NCBI RefSeq assembly: GCF_001598795.1
Contig: NZ_BCZP01000042.1
Location: 1-32,000 of the forward strand
Direction: 5' to 3'
From: Delftia acidovorans NBRC 14950
Lineage (GTDB): Bacteria; Pseudomonadota; Gammaproteobacteria; Burkholderiales; Burkholderiaceae_C
Length of the DNA: 32,000 nt
The position numbers and the translations under genes were made by a program. How positions within the stretch are numbered: position 1 is the stretch's first letter; the number at the start of each line of letters is the position of its first letter. The notes beneath the pieces were generated by a model that did not search any database, was not told where the DNA came from, and saw nothing but the letters and a program-made list of their open reading frames with translations. Shown here piece by piece: positions 23,856-32,000 of the stretch.

Positions 23856-25364
23856 TCAGCCGGCAGCCGCCTCCGGCGAGGGCTGAAGGCGCTTGAGCAC
23901 GCGCGGCACGATAAGCACGCAGGCCACGATGATGATCAGCGTCAGCGACATGGGGCGCTGCAGGAAGATCCACCAGCTGCCTTCGCCGATGGACACGGCA
24001 TTGCGCATCTGTGCCTCGGCCAGGGGGCCCAGGATCATGCCGACCACGACGGGCGCGGTGGGGAAGTCGAAGCGGCGCATGATCACGCCCAGCACGCCGA
24101 TGCCGTACAGCAGGAACAGGTCGAAGGCGCTCTGGCGCATGCCGTAGGCACCCACGGTGGCGAAGATCAGGATGCCTGCGTACAGCTGGGGACGCGGGAT
24201 CTTGAGCAGCTTGACCCACAGGCCCACCATGGGCAGGTTGAGCACCAGCAGCATCAGGTTGCCGATGTACAGCGAGGCGATCAGCGCCCAGACCAGGGCG
24301 GCGGACGAGCTGAACAGCTGCGGGCCGGGGTTGATGCCGTAGTTCTGGAACGCACCCAGCAGCACGGCCGTGGTGTTGCTGGTGGGAATGCCCAGGGTCA
24401 GCAGCGGGATCAGCGCGGCGGTCACGGTGGCGTTGTTGGCGGCCTCTGGGCCGGCCACGCCTTCGATGGCGCCCTTGGTGCCGAACTCGGCACGGTTCTC
24501 ACCCTTGGCCAGCTTCTTTTCGGTGGCGTAGCTCAGGAAGGTGGGGATCTCGGTGCCGCCGGCAGGGATGCAGCCGAAGGGTGTGCCGATGACGGTGCCG
24601 CGCAGCCAGGCGGGCCACGAACGCTTCCAGTCGCGGCCGGTCATGTGCACGCGGCCCATCTTGTTTTGCGTATCGACGACCTTGCCTTCGTACATGGCGG
24701 CGTACAGCACCTCGGCCACGGCGAACAGGCCCACGGCCACGAGCACGATGTCCACGCCGTCCAGCAGTTCCATCTTGCCCATGGTGTAGCGCGCAGCGCC
24801 CGAGATCTGGTCCATGCCGATGCAGCCCAGCGCCAGCCCCAGGAACAGGGCCGTCATGCCGCGCAGCGCGCTTTGGCCGAGCACGGCACTGACGGTGGTG
24901 AAGGCCAGCACCATCAGCATGAAGTACTCGGGCGGGCCCAGCTTGACGGCAAAGTCGGCCACCGACGGCGCGAACAGCGTGACGACCACGGTGGCCACGG
25001 TGCCGGCCACGAAGGAGCCGATGGCGGAGGTGGCCAGCGCGGCGCCCGCGCGGCCGCTCTTGGCCATCTTGTTGCCCTCCATGGCCGTGACCATGCTCGC
25101 GGTCTCCCCGGGCGTGTTCAGCAGGATGGAGGTGGTGGAGCCGCCATACATGGCGCCGTAGTAGATGCCCGCGAAGAAGATCATCGAGGCGGTGACCTCG
25201 ACCTTGGCAGTAATGGGCAGCAGCATGGCCACGGCCACGGCCGGGCCGATGCCGGGCAGCACGCCCACGGCCGTGCCCAGGGCGCAGCCGACCAGAGCCC
25301 ACAGCAGGTTGGCGGGTGTGATGGCGGTGGCGAAGCCCGCCATCAGTGCGTCAAAGATTTCCAT
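23856..25364 (-). CDS. tctA: Tripartite tricarboxylate transporter large permease TctA
   Basis: [42 protein letters not shown]...[24 protein letters not shown] are TctA family motifs. The ATG at 25364 overlaps the tctB stop (TAATG). Confidence 0.9.
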   Translation of the reverse strand: MEIFDALMAGFATAITPANLLWALVGCALGTAVGVLPGIGPAVAVAMLLPITAKVEVTASMIFFAGIYYGAMYGGSTTSILLNTPGETASMVTAMEGNKMAKSGRAGAALATSAIGSFVAGTVATVVVTLFAPSVADFAVKLGPPEYFMLMVLAFTTVSAVLGQSALRGMTALFLGLALGCIGMDQISGAARYTMGKMELLDGVDIVLVAVGLFAVAEVLYAAMYEGKVVDTQNKMGRVHMTGRDWKRSWPAWLRGTVIGTPFGCIPAGGTEIPTFLSYATEKKLAKGENRAEFGTKGAIEGVAGPEAANNATVTAALIPLLTLGIPTSNTTAVLLGAFQNYGINPGPQLFSSSAALVWALIASLYIGNLMLLVLNLPMVGLWVKLLKIPRPQLYAGILIFATVGAYGMRQSAFDLFLLYGIGVLGVIMRRFDFPTAPVVVGMILGPLAEAQMRNAVSIGEGSWWIFLQRPMSLTLIIIVACVLIVPRVLKRLQPSPEAAAG

Positions 25365-25933
25365 TACAGCCACCCTGTCTCAGTCAGGCCCGGCAGGTTG
25401 ATTGCCAGGAATTGCGTGAAGGCCCAGAACACGGGCGCCGAGATGAGCAGCCCGGTGACCACGTCCTTGACCCAGGTGATGGGTGCGCCCGCCTGGGCCT
25501 GGCCGCCAGCACGGCGCAGGCCCTGCACGGCCAGCACGTAGCAGATGGTGCAGCTGACGATGAAGCCCGCCGTGCCGATCAGTGCGGCGTTGACCATCAG
25601 GCCGGCCGACACCCAGACGAAGGCGCCGATGTCGGCGCGTGGATGGCCGCCAGGTGCGGAGGCTTCGCGGTAGCCGCCCGTGCGCGCCTCCCAGACCAGC
25701 CAGGCGCCGCAGACCGCGAGCACCACGGCGCATAGCCAGGGCAGGAAATTGGGGCCGACGCCGCCGTAGCCGGAGTCGGAAGGAATCTGCAGCGCGCCGA
25801 AGGCCAGGCCTGCAGCGACGAGCAGCACGCCAGAGCCGACGATGGTCTGCGCGCGAACCGAGGGAAAGCCGCTGGGCTCTTCGGCCTGGACGGCATCCGT
25901 GGCAAGTGGATTGGGTTGTGAGGACTCGGACAT
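25364..25933 (-). CDS. tctB: Tripartite tricarboxylate transporter small membrane subunit TctB
   Basis: 189-aa hydrophobic protein with about 4 predicted transmembrane segments, located between tctC and tctA and translationally coupled to tctA. Confidence 0.75.
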   Translation of the reverse strand: MSESSQPNPLATDAVQAEEPSGFPSVRAQTIVGSGVLLVAAGLAFGALQIPSDSGYGGVGPNFLPWLCAVVLAVCGAWLVWEARTGGYREASAPGGHPRADIGAFVWVSAGLMVNAALIGTAGFIVSCTICYVLAVQGLRRAGGQAQAGAPITWVKDVVTGLLISAPVFWAFTQFLAINLPGLTETGWL

Positions 25934-26149
25934 GGTCAGTTCCTGGCCGCAGCGGAACCGGCGACCGGGCCAGCCACCGCTGCAGACGTGGGGAAAAAAT
26001 TAAGCCGCCGGGGCCTGCGGGCCGCTGGCGCGGCGCGCGGGCATCTTCCGCTTCTTGAAGCAGGCGCTGCGACTGGCGCCTGCCGTGGCCCGCAGGAGTG
26101 CAGGCCTGTGGCCGCACCAGCCCCGCAAGAGGCCGGTGCGGCCGTGCGA

Positions 26150-27109
26150 TCACACCATGCCGGACTTGACCATGGTGGCGCGCAGGCTCGCGAACTCCTG
26201 GTCCACGAACTCGCCGAAGGCATCGCCGGCCAGCCACGCGGGCGTCCAGTCGTTCTTCTGCAGAGCCTCGGCCCAGGCCTTGCTCTTGGTGGCCTTCTCC
26301 AGCATGGCGACCAGCGCGTCGCGCTGGGGCTTGGTGATGCCGGGCGCGCCGTACACGCCGCGCCAGTTGCCGATCTCGACGTTGATGCCCTGCTCCTTGA
26401 GCGTGGGCACGTCCACGCCCTTCAGGCGCTGGCCCGAGGTCACGCCGATGGGCTTCATCTTGCCGGTGCTGATGTACTCGGCGAACTCGCTGAAGCCGCT
26501 GCCGCCCACGGTGACGTTGCCGCCCAGGATGGCGGAGATGGCCTCGCCGCCTCCACGGAAGGCCACGTAGTTGATCTTGGAGGGATCGACGCCGACTTCA
26601 CGCGCGATCATGGCCGCCGCAATGTGCTCGGTGGAGCCGCGCGAGCCGCCGCCCCACTTGACGGAGCCAGGGTCCTTCTTGAGCTGGGCGATCACCTCGG
26701 CCATGTTCTTGAAGGGCGAGTTGGCGGGCAGCACGAACACGTTGTATTCGCTGGTCAGGCGCGCCAGCGGCGTGGCCTGCGTCAGGTTCACGGGCGGCTT
26801 GCCCGTGATGATGCCGCCCAGCATGACGGCGCCCATGACCATCATGGCGTTGGGATCGCCCTTGCTGCCGTTGACGAACTGCGCAAGACCGATGGCGCCA
26901 GCGGCGCCGCCCTTGTTGTCATAGGTGACGGAAGCAGCCTGACCAGCGTCCTGCAAAGCCTTGCCCAGGGCACGGCCCGTGGTGTCCCAGCCGCCGCCGG
27001 GGTTGGCCGGCAGCATCATCTTGACGGCGACCGCAGCCTGAGCAGACAGCGGCAGGCTGCCTGCGGCGGCCAGTGCGGCCAGCGACTTCAGAAAAGTATC
27101 ACGACGCAT
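26150..27109 (-). CDS. tctC: Tripartite tricarboxylate transporter substrate-binding protein TctC (Bug family)
   Basis: Signal peptide followed by Bug-family motifs (PANPGGGWDTTGRAL...YDNKGGAAGAIG...FRGGGEAISAILGGNV). It heads the tctCBA operon and is divergent from tctDE. Confidence 0.9.
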   Translation of the reverse strand: MRRDTFLKSLAALAAAGSLPLSAQAAVAVKMMLPANPGGGWDTTGRALGKALQDAGQAASVTYDNKGGAAGAIGLAQFVNGSKGDPNAMMVMGAVMLGGIITGKPPVNLTQATPLARLTSEYNVFVLPANSPFKNMAEVIAQLKKDPGSVKWGGGSRGSTEHIAAAMIAREVGVDPSKINYVAFRGGGEAISAILGGNVTVGGSGFSEFAEYISTGKMKPIGVTSGQRLKGVDVPTLKEQGINVEIGNWRGVYGAPGITKPQRDALVAMLEKATKSKAWAEALQKNDWTPAWLAGDAFGEFVDQEFASLRATMVKSGMV

Positions 27110-27245
27110 GGTTTGACTCCTTGTGTTGTAAGGCTGTCGATGATCGGTTCGCTACCTGTCAAATGGCTGTCCAAACCCCTAGGGGAATCCCTAGATCGCT
27201 CTTGGCGCGATGGCCTGCATCGCGCCCGGTGCTAACGTGCGGGCC

Positions 27246-27932
27246 ATGCAATTGCTGCTCGTAGAAGATGACAACGCCATGCGCACCACGCTGCAGCGCA
27301 CGCTGATCCGGCGCGGCATCCAGGTGGAGACGGCGGCCGACGGCCCCTCGGCCCTGGCGCAGTGGCTGGTGCGCGAGCCCGACGCCGTGGTGCTGGATTT
27401 GAGCCTGCCCGGCCTGGACGGCCTGCAGGTGCTGGAGCGTGCGCGCGGCCAGGGCCTGCGCACGCCCGTGCTCATCCTGACTGCGCGCGGCACCGTGGGC
27501 GACCGCGTGCTGGGCCTGAACGCCGGCGCGGACGACTACCTGGCCAAGCCCTTCGACCTCGACGAGCTGGAGGCCCGGCTGCGCGCCCTGCTGCGCCGCA
27601 GCAGCGACAGCTTCGCGCCCAAGCCGCCGCCCGAGACCATTGCCATGGGCGCGCTGCGCTACGACAAGACCAGCGGCGCCATCCACCGCGATGGCGAGAT
27701 CATGGAGCTGACGCCCCGCGAGCTGGCCCTGATGCACGCCCTGCTGGCGCGCCCCGGCCATGCCGTGGCCAAGGAGCGGCTGTTCGCGCTGGTGTTTCCC
27801 GGTGAGTCCGACGTGCAGTACGAGGCCGTGGAAGTCGTCGCCTACCGGCTGCGCAAGAAGCTGTCGGGCACAGGCGTGCAACTGGTTACGCTGCGCGGGC
27901 TGGGCTATCTGCTCAAGGCCGAGTCAGCCTGA
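27246..27932 (+). CDS. tctD: OmpR-family response regulator TctD
   Basis: MQLLLVEDDNAMRTTL...DAVVLDLSLPGLDG...ADDYLAKPFDLDELEARL is the receiver domain. The C-terminal winged helix is ...VTLRGLGYLL. Start moved from 27210 to 27246 by receiver-domain alignment. Confidence 0.85.
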   Translation: MQLLLVEDDNAMRTTLQRTLIRRGIQVETAADGPSALAQWLVREPDAVVLDLSLPGLDGLQVLERARGQGLRTPVLILTARGTVGDRVLGLNAGADDYLAKPFDLDELEARLRALLRRSSDSFAPKPPPETIAMGALRYDKTSGAIHRDGEIMELTPRELALMHALLARPGHAVAKERLFALVFPGESDVQYEAVEVVAYRLRKKLSGTGVQLVTLRGLGYLLKAESA

Positions 27933-27962
27933 CGCATTGCCGCATTCCTGCACCGCAAGCCC

Positions 27963-29450
27963 ATGCGCGACCCCGGTCTTCCCCTTCCCGCCCCCGCCCG
28001 CGCGCGCCAGCCCTGGTCGCTGCGCCGCCAGCTGCTGACGGGCATTCTCGTCCCCGTCATTCTGTTCATTGGCTTCAATACCTGGAGCCTCTACCACCAG
28101 ACGCTGGCTGCGCTGAACACGGCCTATGACCGCACGCTGCTGGCATCGGCCAAGAGCATCAGCGAGCAGCTGGATGTGACGGGCTATGACGAGTCCGCCC
28201 AGTTGCATGCCATCGTTCCCTACTCGGCGCTGGAGATCTTCGAGGCCGACAACCAGAGCCGCATGTTCTACCGCGTCTCCACGCTGGACGGGGAAATGGT
28301 GTCGGGCTTTGGCGAGCTGCCCATGTGGCACGGCGTCATCCCCCAGCGCCCGCCCTACGCGGCCCTGGTCGATTTCTATGACGCACAGTTCCGCGGCAGG
28401 CCCGTGCGCATGGCCGTGCTGCTGCAGCCCGTGGCCAGCGCCAAGGGGCGCGGCATGGCCGTGATCCAGGTGGCCGAGACGCTGGAGCTGCGCGAGACCC
28501 TGGCCCTGCAGATCCTGCGCACCACGCTGGCACGCCAGGCCCTGCTGGTGGCTGCCGTGGCGCTGATCGTGATCTTTGTGGTGCAGCGGGCCACCCAGCC
28601 CGTGCGCCAGCTCAGCAGCGACCTGCGCTCGCGCCCGCGCGGCGACCTGAGCCCGCTGTCGGCCCCCGCTGCGCCGCGCGAATTGCAGCCGTTGCTGGAG
28701 GCCATCAACCAGCTCATGCTGCGGCTGCGCCAGCTGCTGTCGGACCAGAAGCGCTTTGTGCGCGATGCATCGCACCAATTGCGCACACCGCTGGCCGTGC
28801 TCAAGGCCCAACTGCAGTCGGCCCAGCGCGGCGATGTGCCGGCCGAGCAGGCATTCGAGGAAATCGGCGCCACCGTGGACCGCGCCACGCGGCTGGCCAA
28901 CCAGATGCTGGCGCTGGCCAAGGTCGAGCAGCTGCGGCAGGAAGACAGCGCCGAGCCGGCGTCGCCCGCCCCCAGCCTGCTGGACGAAGTGGTGCGCGAC
29001 GTGGCCATCGAACTGTCGCCGCTGATTGCCGAGCAGGACATCGATTTCTCCATAGACACCGAGCCCTGCCCCGTGCCGGCCCATGAATGGATGCTGCGCG
29101 AGCTCACGCGCAACCTGCTGCACAACGCCATACGCCACATGCCTGCGGCCGGCAGCCTGCACATCAGCGTGCACCAGGCCGGCAGCCAGGCCGTGCTCAG
29201 CCTGCGCGACAGCGGGCCGGGCATAGACAGCGATCTGGCCCAGCGGCTGTTCCAGCCGTTCTCGGCCGGCAATGCGCGCAGCGGCTCGGGCCTGGGGCTG
29301 GCCATCTGCCACGAGATCGTGCAGACGCTGGGCGGTGCCATCGAACTGCGCAACATCTACCGGCAAGGGCTGGTCTGCGGTCTGCACGCGCACGTGGCGA
29401 TTCCGCTGCAACCGGCCACTGGCAAGCACCCCGCGCCGCGCGCACAATAA
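27963..29450 (+). CDS. tctE: Sensor histidine kinase TctE
   Basis: Two transmembrane segments flank a periplasmic domain. H-box: FVRDASHQLRTPLAVL. N-box: LLHNAIRH. G-boxes: DSGPGI and GSGLGLAICHEIV. Confidence 0.85.
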   Translation: MRDPGLPLPAPARARQPWSLRRQLLTGILVPVILFIGFNTWSLYHQTLAALNTAYDRTLLASAKSISEQLDVTGYDESAQLHAIVPYSALEIFEADNQSRMFYRVSTLDGEMVSGFGELPMWHGVIPQRPPYAALVDFYDAQFRGRPVRMAVLLQPVASAKGRGMAVIQVAETLELRETLALQILRTTLARQALLVAAVALIVIFVVQRATQPVRQLSSDLRSRPRGDLSPLSAPAAPRELQPLLEAINQLMLRLRQLLSDQKRFVRDASHQLRTPLAVLKAQLQSAQRGDVPAEQAFEEIGATVDRATRLANQMLALAKVEQLRQEDSAEPASPAPSLLDEVVRDVAIELSPLIAEQDIDFSIDTEPCPVPAHEWMLRELTRNLLHNAIRHMPAAGSLHISVHQAGSQAVLSLRDSGPGIDSDLAQRLFQPFSAGNARSGSGLGLAICHEIVQTLGGAIELRNIYRQGLVCGLHAHVAIPLQPATGKHPAPRAQ

Positions 29451-29454
29451 CGCC

Positions 29455-29904
29455 ATGACCGATATCGAATCCATGCGTCTGGACAAATGGCTGTGGTGCG
29501 CGCGTTTCTACAAGACGCGCAGCCTGGCGGTAGAAGAGATCGGCAAGGGCCGCATCACCGTCAACGGAGCCCTGGTCAAGCCCGCGCGCGAGGTGCGCTG
29601 CGGCGACACCGTGGTGCTGCGCCAGGGCCAGATTCCGCGCACCGTGGTCATTCGTGGCCTGTCCGGCATGCGCGGCCCCGCGCCCGTGGCCCAGGCCCTG
29701 TACGAAGAAACCGCCGCAAGCCTTGCCGAGCGGGAGCGCCTGGCCGAGCAGCGCCGGCTGGCGCCCGAGCCCGCCAGCAGCATTGCCGACCAGCACGACG
29801 GCCGCCCCACCAAGCGCGACCGCCGCCAGATTGACCAGGTGCGCGAGCGCGGCAACTGGGACAGCCGCTGGAGCGCATCCATCGACGACCTGGACCGGCG
29901 CTGA
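29455..29904 (+). CDS. hslR: Ribosome-associated heat-shock protein Hsp15 (S4 RNA-binding domain)
   Basis: MRLDKWLWCARFYKTRSLAVEEIGKGRITVNGALVKPAREVRCGDTV is an S4 domain, followed by an Arg/Glu-rich tail. ATG at 29455 is in frame within the longer track ORF. Confidence 0.8.
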   Translation: MTDIESMRLDKWLWCARFYKTRSLAVEEIGKGRITVNGALVKPAREVRCGDTVVLRQGQIPRTVVIRGLSGMRGPAPVAQALYEETAASLAERERLAEQRRLAPEPASSIADQHDGRPTKRDRRQIDQVRERGNWDSRWSASIDDLDRR

Positions 29905-29940
29905 ATACCGCGGCCCTGCCCGCCTCACGCCTCTTCCAGC

Positions 29941-29976
29941 AAAAAGGCCATGCGCAACCACTGCGCATGGCCTTTT
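29941..29976. terminator. Bidirectional rho-independent terminator between the convergent hslR and permease genes
   Basis: AAAAA-GGCCATGCGCA-accac-TGCGCATGGCC-TTTT: an 11-bp perfect stem with an A-run on one side and a T-run on the other. Confidence 0.85.
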
Positions 29977-30010
29977 CTCATGGGTTTGCGGCCGCAGCCC
30001 CCTGCGGCGT

Positions 30011-31384
30011 TCAGACCACCTGGTCCTTGGCCGGTGCGTCGTCCCCCTGCGCACGCGGCAGGATGAGGTTCATCACCATGGCGGCCATGGCCCCCACGGT
30101 CACGGCCGAGCCCAGCAGGTACTGCAGCATGTCCGGCAGGGTCTGGACCCAGTCCTTGGGAGCCAGCGTGGCGAAGAACGAGCAGATGATGGGCACGCCC
30201 ACCACCAGCATGGCGCGCTCGTCCAGGCGCACATGGCGCAGGATGCGGATGCCCGCCATGGCAATGGTCACGCAGACCACGGCGAACATGCCGCCGATCA
30301 CGGGCGAGGGAATGGCCGCAATCAGCGCCGAGAACTTGCCCAGGAAGCCCAGGCAGGCCAGCACCAGGCCGGCTGCAATGAAAACCATGCGGCTGGCCAC
30401 GCCGGTGATCGAGATCACGCCGGCGTTGGTGGAATAGCCGGTGACGGGCGTGGCGCCTATCAGGGCGGCCACGCTGCAGCTCAGGCCCTCTCCCACGGCG
30501 CCACGGTCGAGCTGGCGGCTGGTGATGGGCTGGTTGATCACGGCCGATACCGCAAACCAGGTGCCCGTGGTTTCCGCCATGACCACCAGATAGATCACGA
30601 CAAAGGTCAGCACGGCAGGCAGGCTGAACTGCAGCGGGTAGTCGATGCCGGCCAGCTTGGGCAGCGTCAGCCAGGGCGCATCCACAACCGGCTGCCAGGC
30701 GAACAGGCCCATGGCCCAGGCCACGGCCGTGCCGCCGGCCAGCGCAATGATCACCGACGACAGGCGCATCCAGCGGCCCAGCCGGTTGTCAAAGCGCAAG
30801 CCCAGCATCATGGCCGCGATCAGCAGCGCCGCCGATACCGATGCCAACGCAATCGACTGGTTGACCGTCATGCCGCCATGGACCGAGAACACGTTGGCGC
30901 TGAGCGCAATCGGCAGCAGCGACAGCCCCACCACGAGGATGATGGTGCCGCCGACGATGGGCGGCACCAGCCAGCGGATCACGCGGTGGAACCAGCCCAG
31001 CGCCCCCAGCGCAATGACGATCAGCGCTCCCGGAATCAGCGCGCCATAGACCGCTCCCATGCCGCCGAAGCCACCGCCCGCGCCAAAGGCCACGGCCAGG
31101 ATGGCACCCAGCGGAATGTAGGAAGGCCCTTGTGCCACGGGCATGCGCATGCACCAGGCGGTCTGGATCAGCGTGCCCAGTCCCGCTGCGAGAAAGGTGG
31201 ACTGGATCATGGACGCCGCATCGGCTTGCGACAGCGCCAGGGCCGAGGCAATGATGAAGGGCACGACATACACGTCCATGGCCATCACATGCTGCAGGCC
31301 CAGCAACAGGGCCTGTGACAGCGTGACGCGGTCGTCGGGGCGGGCGATCAGGCGCCCTTCGTAGGAGGAGGTCGGTTCGGTCAT
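30011..31384 (-). CDS. Nucleobase:cation symporter-2 (NCS2) family purine permease (xanthine/guanine-type)
   Basis: MTEPTSSYEG...LLLGLQHVMAMDVYVVPFII...GGMFAVVCVTIAMAGI... is multi-transmembrane NCS2-like. Start trimmed to ATG 31384. It lies directly downstream of a guanine-deaminase-like gene. Confidence 0.85.
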   Translation of the reverse strand: MTEPTSSYEGRLIARPDDRVTLSQALLLGLQHVMAMDVYVVPFIIASALALSQADAASMIQSTFLAAGLGTLIQTAWCMRMPVAQGPSYIPLGAILAVAFGAGGGFGGMGAVYGALIPGALIVIALGALGWFHRVIRWLVPPIVGGTIILVVGLSLLPIALSANVFSVHGGMTVNQSIALASVSAALLIAAMMLGLRFDNRLGRWMRLSSVIIALAGGTAVAWAMGLFAWQPVVDAPWLTLPKLAGIDYPLQFSLPAVLTFVVIYLVVMAETTGTWFAVSAVINQPITSRQLDRGAVGEGLSCSVAALIGATPVTGYSTNAGVISITGVASRMVFIAAGLVLACLGFLGKFSALIAAIPSPVIGGMFAVVCVTIAMAGIRILRHVRLDERAMLVVGVPIICSFFATLAPKDWVQTLPDMLQYLLGSAVTVGAMAAMVMNLILPRAQGDDAPAKDQVV

Positions 31385-31431
31385 GGGACGGAAAAATGCG
31401 GAAAACGGCCGCAGCGCAAAGACTGCGGCGC

Positions 31432-32000
31432 TCAGACAGCAGTGACAGCGCCGACCGCGCCGGCGGCCTGGCGCCGGTGCACGCACTCGCCCTGCACCCA
31501 GGTGCTGGCCACATTGGCGCGCGTGGCGTGGTGGATGATCTTTTGCAGAATGTCGACCGGGCCATCCGCGCCGGGCCAGATCTGGACATTGGAGTCAGGC
31601 CCCTGGCAGTCGATGGCCAGGGCGTCCATGGCGTGGCCGGGCTCGATGCGGCCAATCGGCAGGTCCAGCGCATCGCCCCCCGCCGCCGTGGCCAGCCACA
31701 GCGCAAAGACGTGGTCGATGCGGGCCTGAACGCCCTGCCGCGCCCTGCCGCGCTGCGAAGCGTCCAGGGCCGGGTCCACCCCCTCATGCAAGGCCAGCGA
31801 GGCCGTCATGGCGTGGCGGCAGGCATCGAACATGCTGGGGCTGTAGCCGCCCGAGATATCCGTGGCCAACCCCATGCCCAGGCCCTGCTCACGGCCGCTA
31901 CGCGCGGGGAAAACGCTGTTGGCGAAATAGAAGTTGGACAGAGGGCAATGCGCGACCGAGGCGCCCGTGCGCGCCATCAGCGCCACGTCATCGGCCGTGA
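31432..32000 (-). CDS. guaD: Amidohydrolase-superfamily nucleobase deaminase, probably guanine deaminase; C-terminal part only, 5' end outside the window
   Basis: ...ASVAHCPLSNFYFANSVFP...LGMGLATDISGGYSPSMFD... carries the HCP-SN and (T)D-xGG metal/substrate motifs of guanine deaminases. The reading frame stays open to the window edge. Confidence 0.65.
   Translation of the reverse strand, partial: TADDVALMARTGASVAHCPLSNFYFANSVFPARSGREQGLGMGLATDISGGYSPSMFDACRHAMTASLALHEGVDPALDASQRGRARQGVQARIDHVFALWLATAAGGDALDLPIGRIEPGHAMDALAIDCQGPDSNVQIWPGADGPVDILQKIIHHATRANVASTWVQGECVHRRQAAGAVGAVTAV

Overview
High-G+C proteobacterial chromosome segment. Its gene content (three Bug/TctC-type binding proteins, tctCBA-tctDE, a beta-proteobacterial-type porin) suggests Burkholderiales/Comamonadaceae; that placement is an inference, not a search result.

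The flanks look like ordinary core or metabolic DNA.
- Left flank (1-6.2 kb): truncated IorA/IorB-like oxidoreductase genes, a DUF1852 (MesX-like) gene plus FMN reductase, a LysR regulator, a Bug-family binding protein, a ModA-like binding protein and a porin.
- Right flank (20.1-32 kb): a sigma-54 activator, an ArsR regulator, an SGNH hydrolase, tctCBA with divergent tctDE, hslR, an NCS2 nucleobase permease and a guanine-deaminase-like gene.

The middle (about 6.2-20.1 kb) is accessory DNA.
- A visibly lower-G+C stretch (about 6.2-14.9 kb) holds small orphan ORFs. It is bracketed by a duplicated porin 3' end and an IS66 transposase remnant, and contains a MerR/aldo-keto reductase cassette and a TetR/SDR cassette.
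- A higher-G+C block (about 14.0-18.8 kb) is the most unusual part. Two divergent CI-like (HTH + S24 peptidase-fold) repressors, one with a Cro-like partner, front four paralogous genes of about 230 codons. These share strict Trp/Cys motifs (GLRFD..W.Y, DP.GAWWC.RRCA.VL, FWAWVIG, LL.xPFG, G.C-x8-11-C..xx.TL). I cannot assign them to any family I recognise.
- A convergent DUF4272-type gene follows this block.

No rRNA, tRNA or CRISPR array was found. All coordinates and alignments were read by eye from the sequence and the supplied ORF track. No database search was run.
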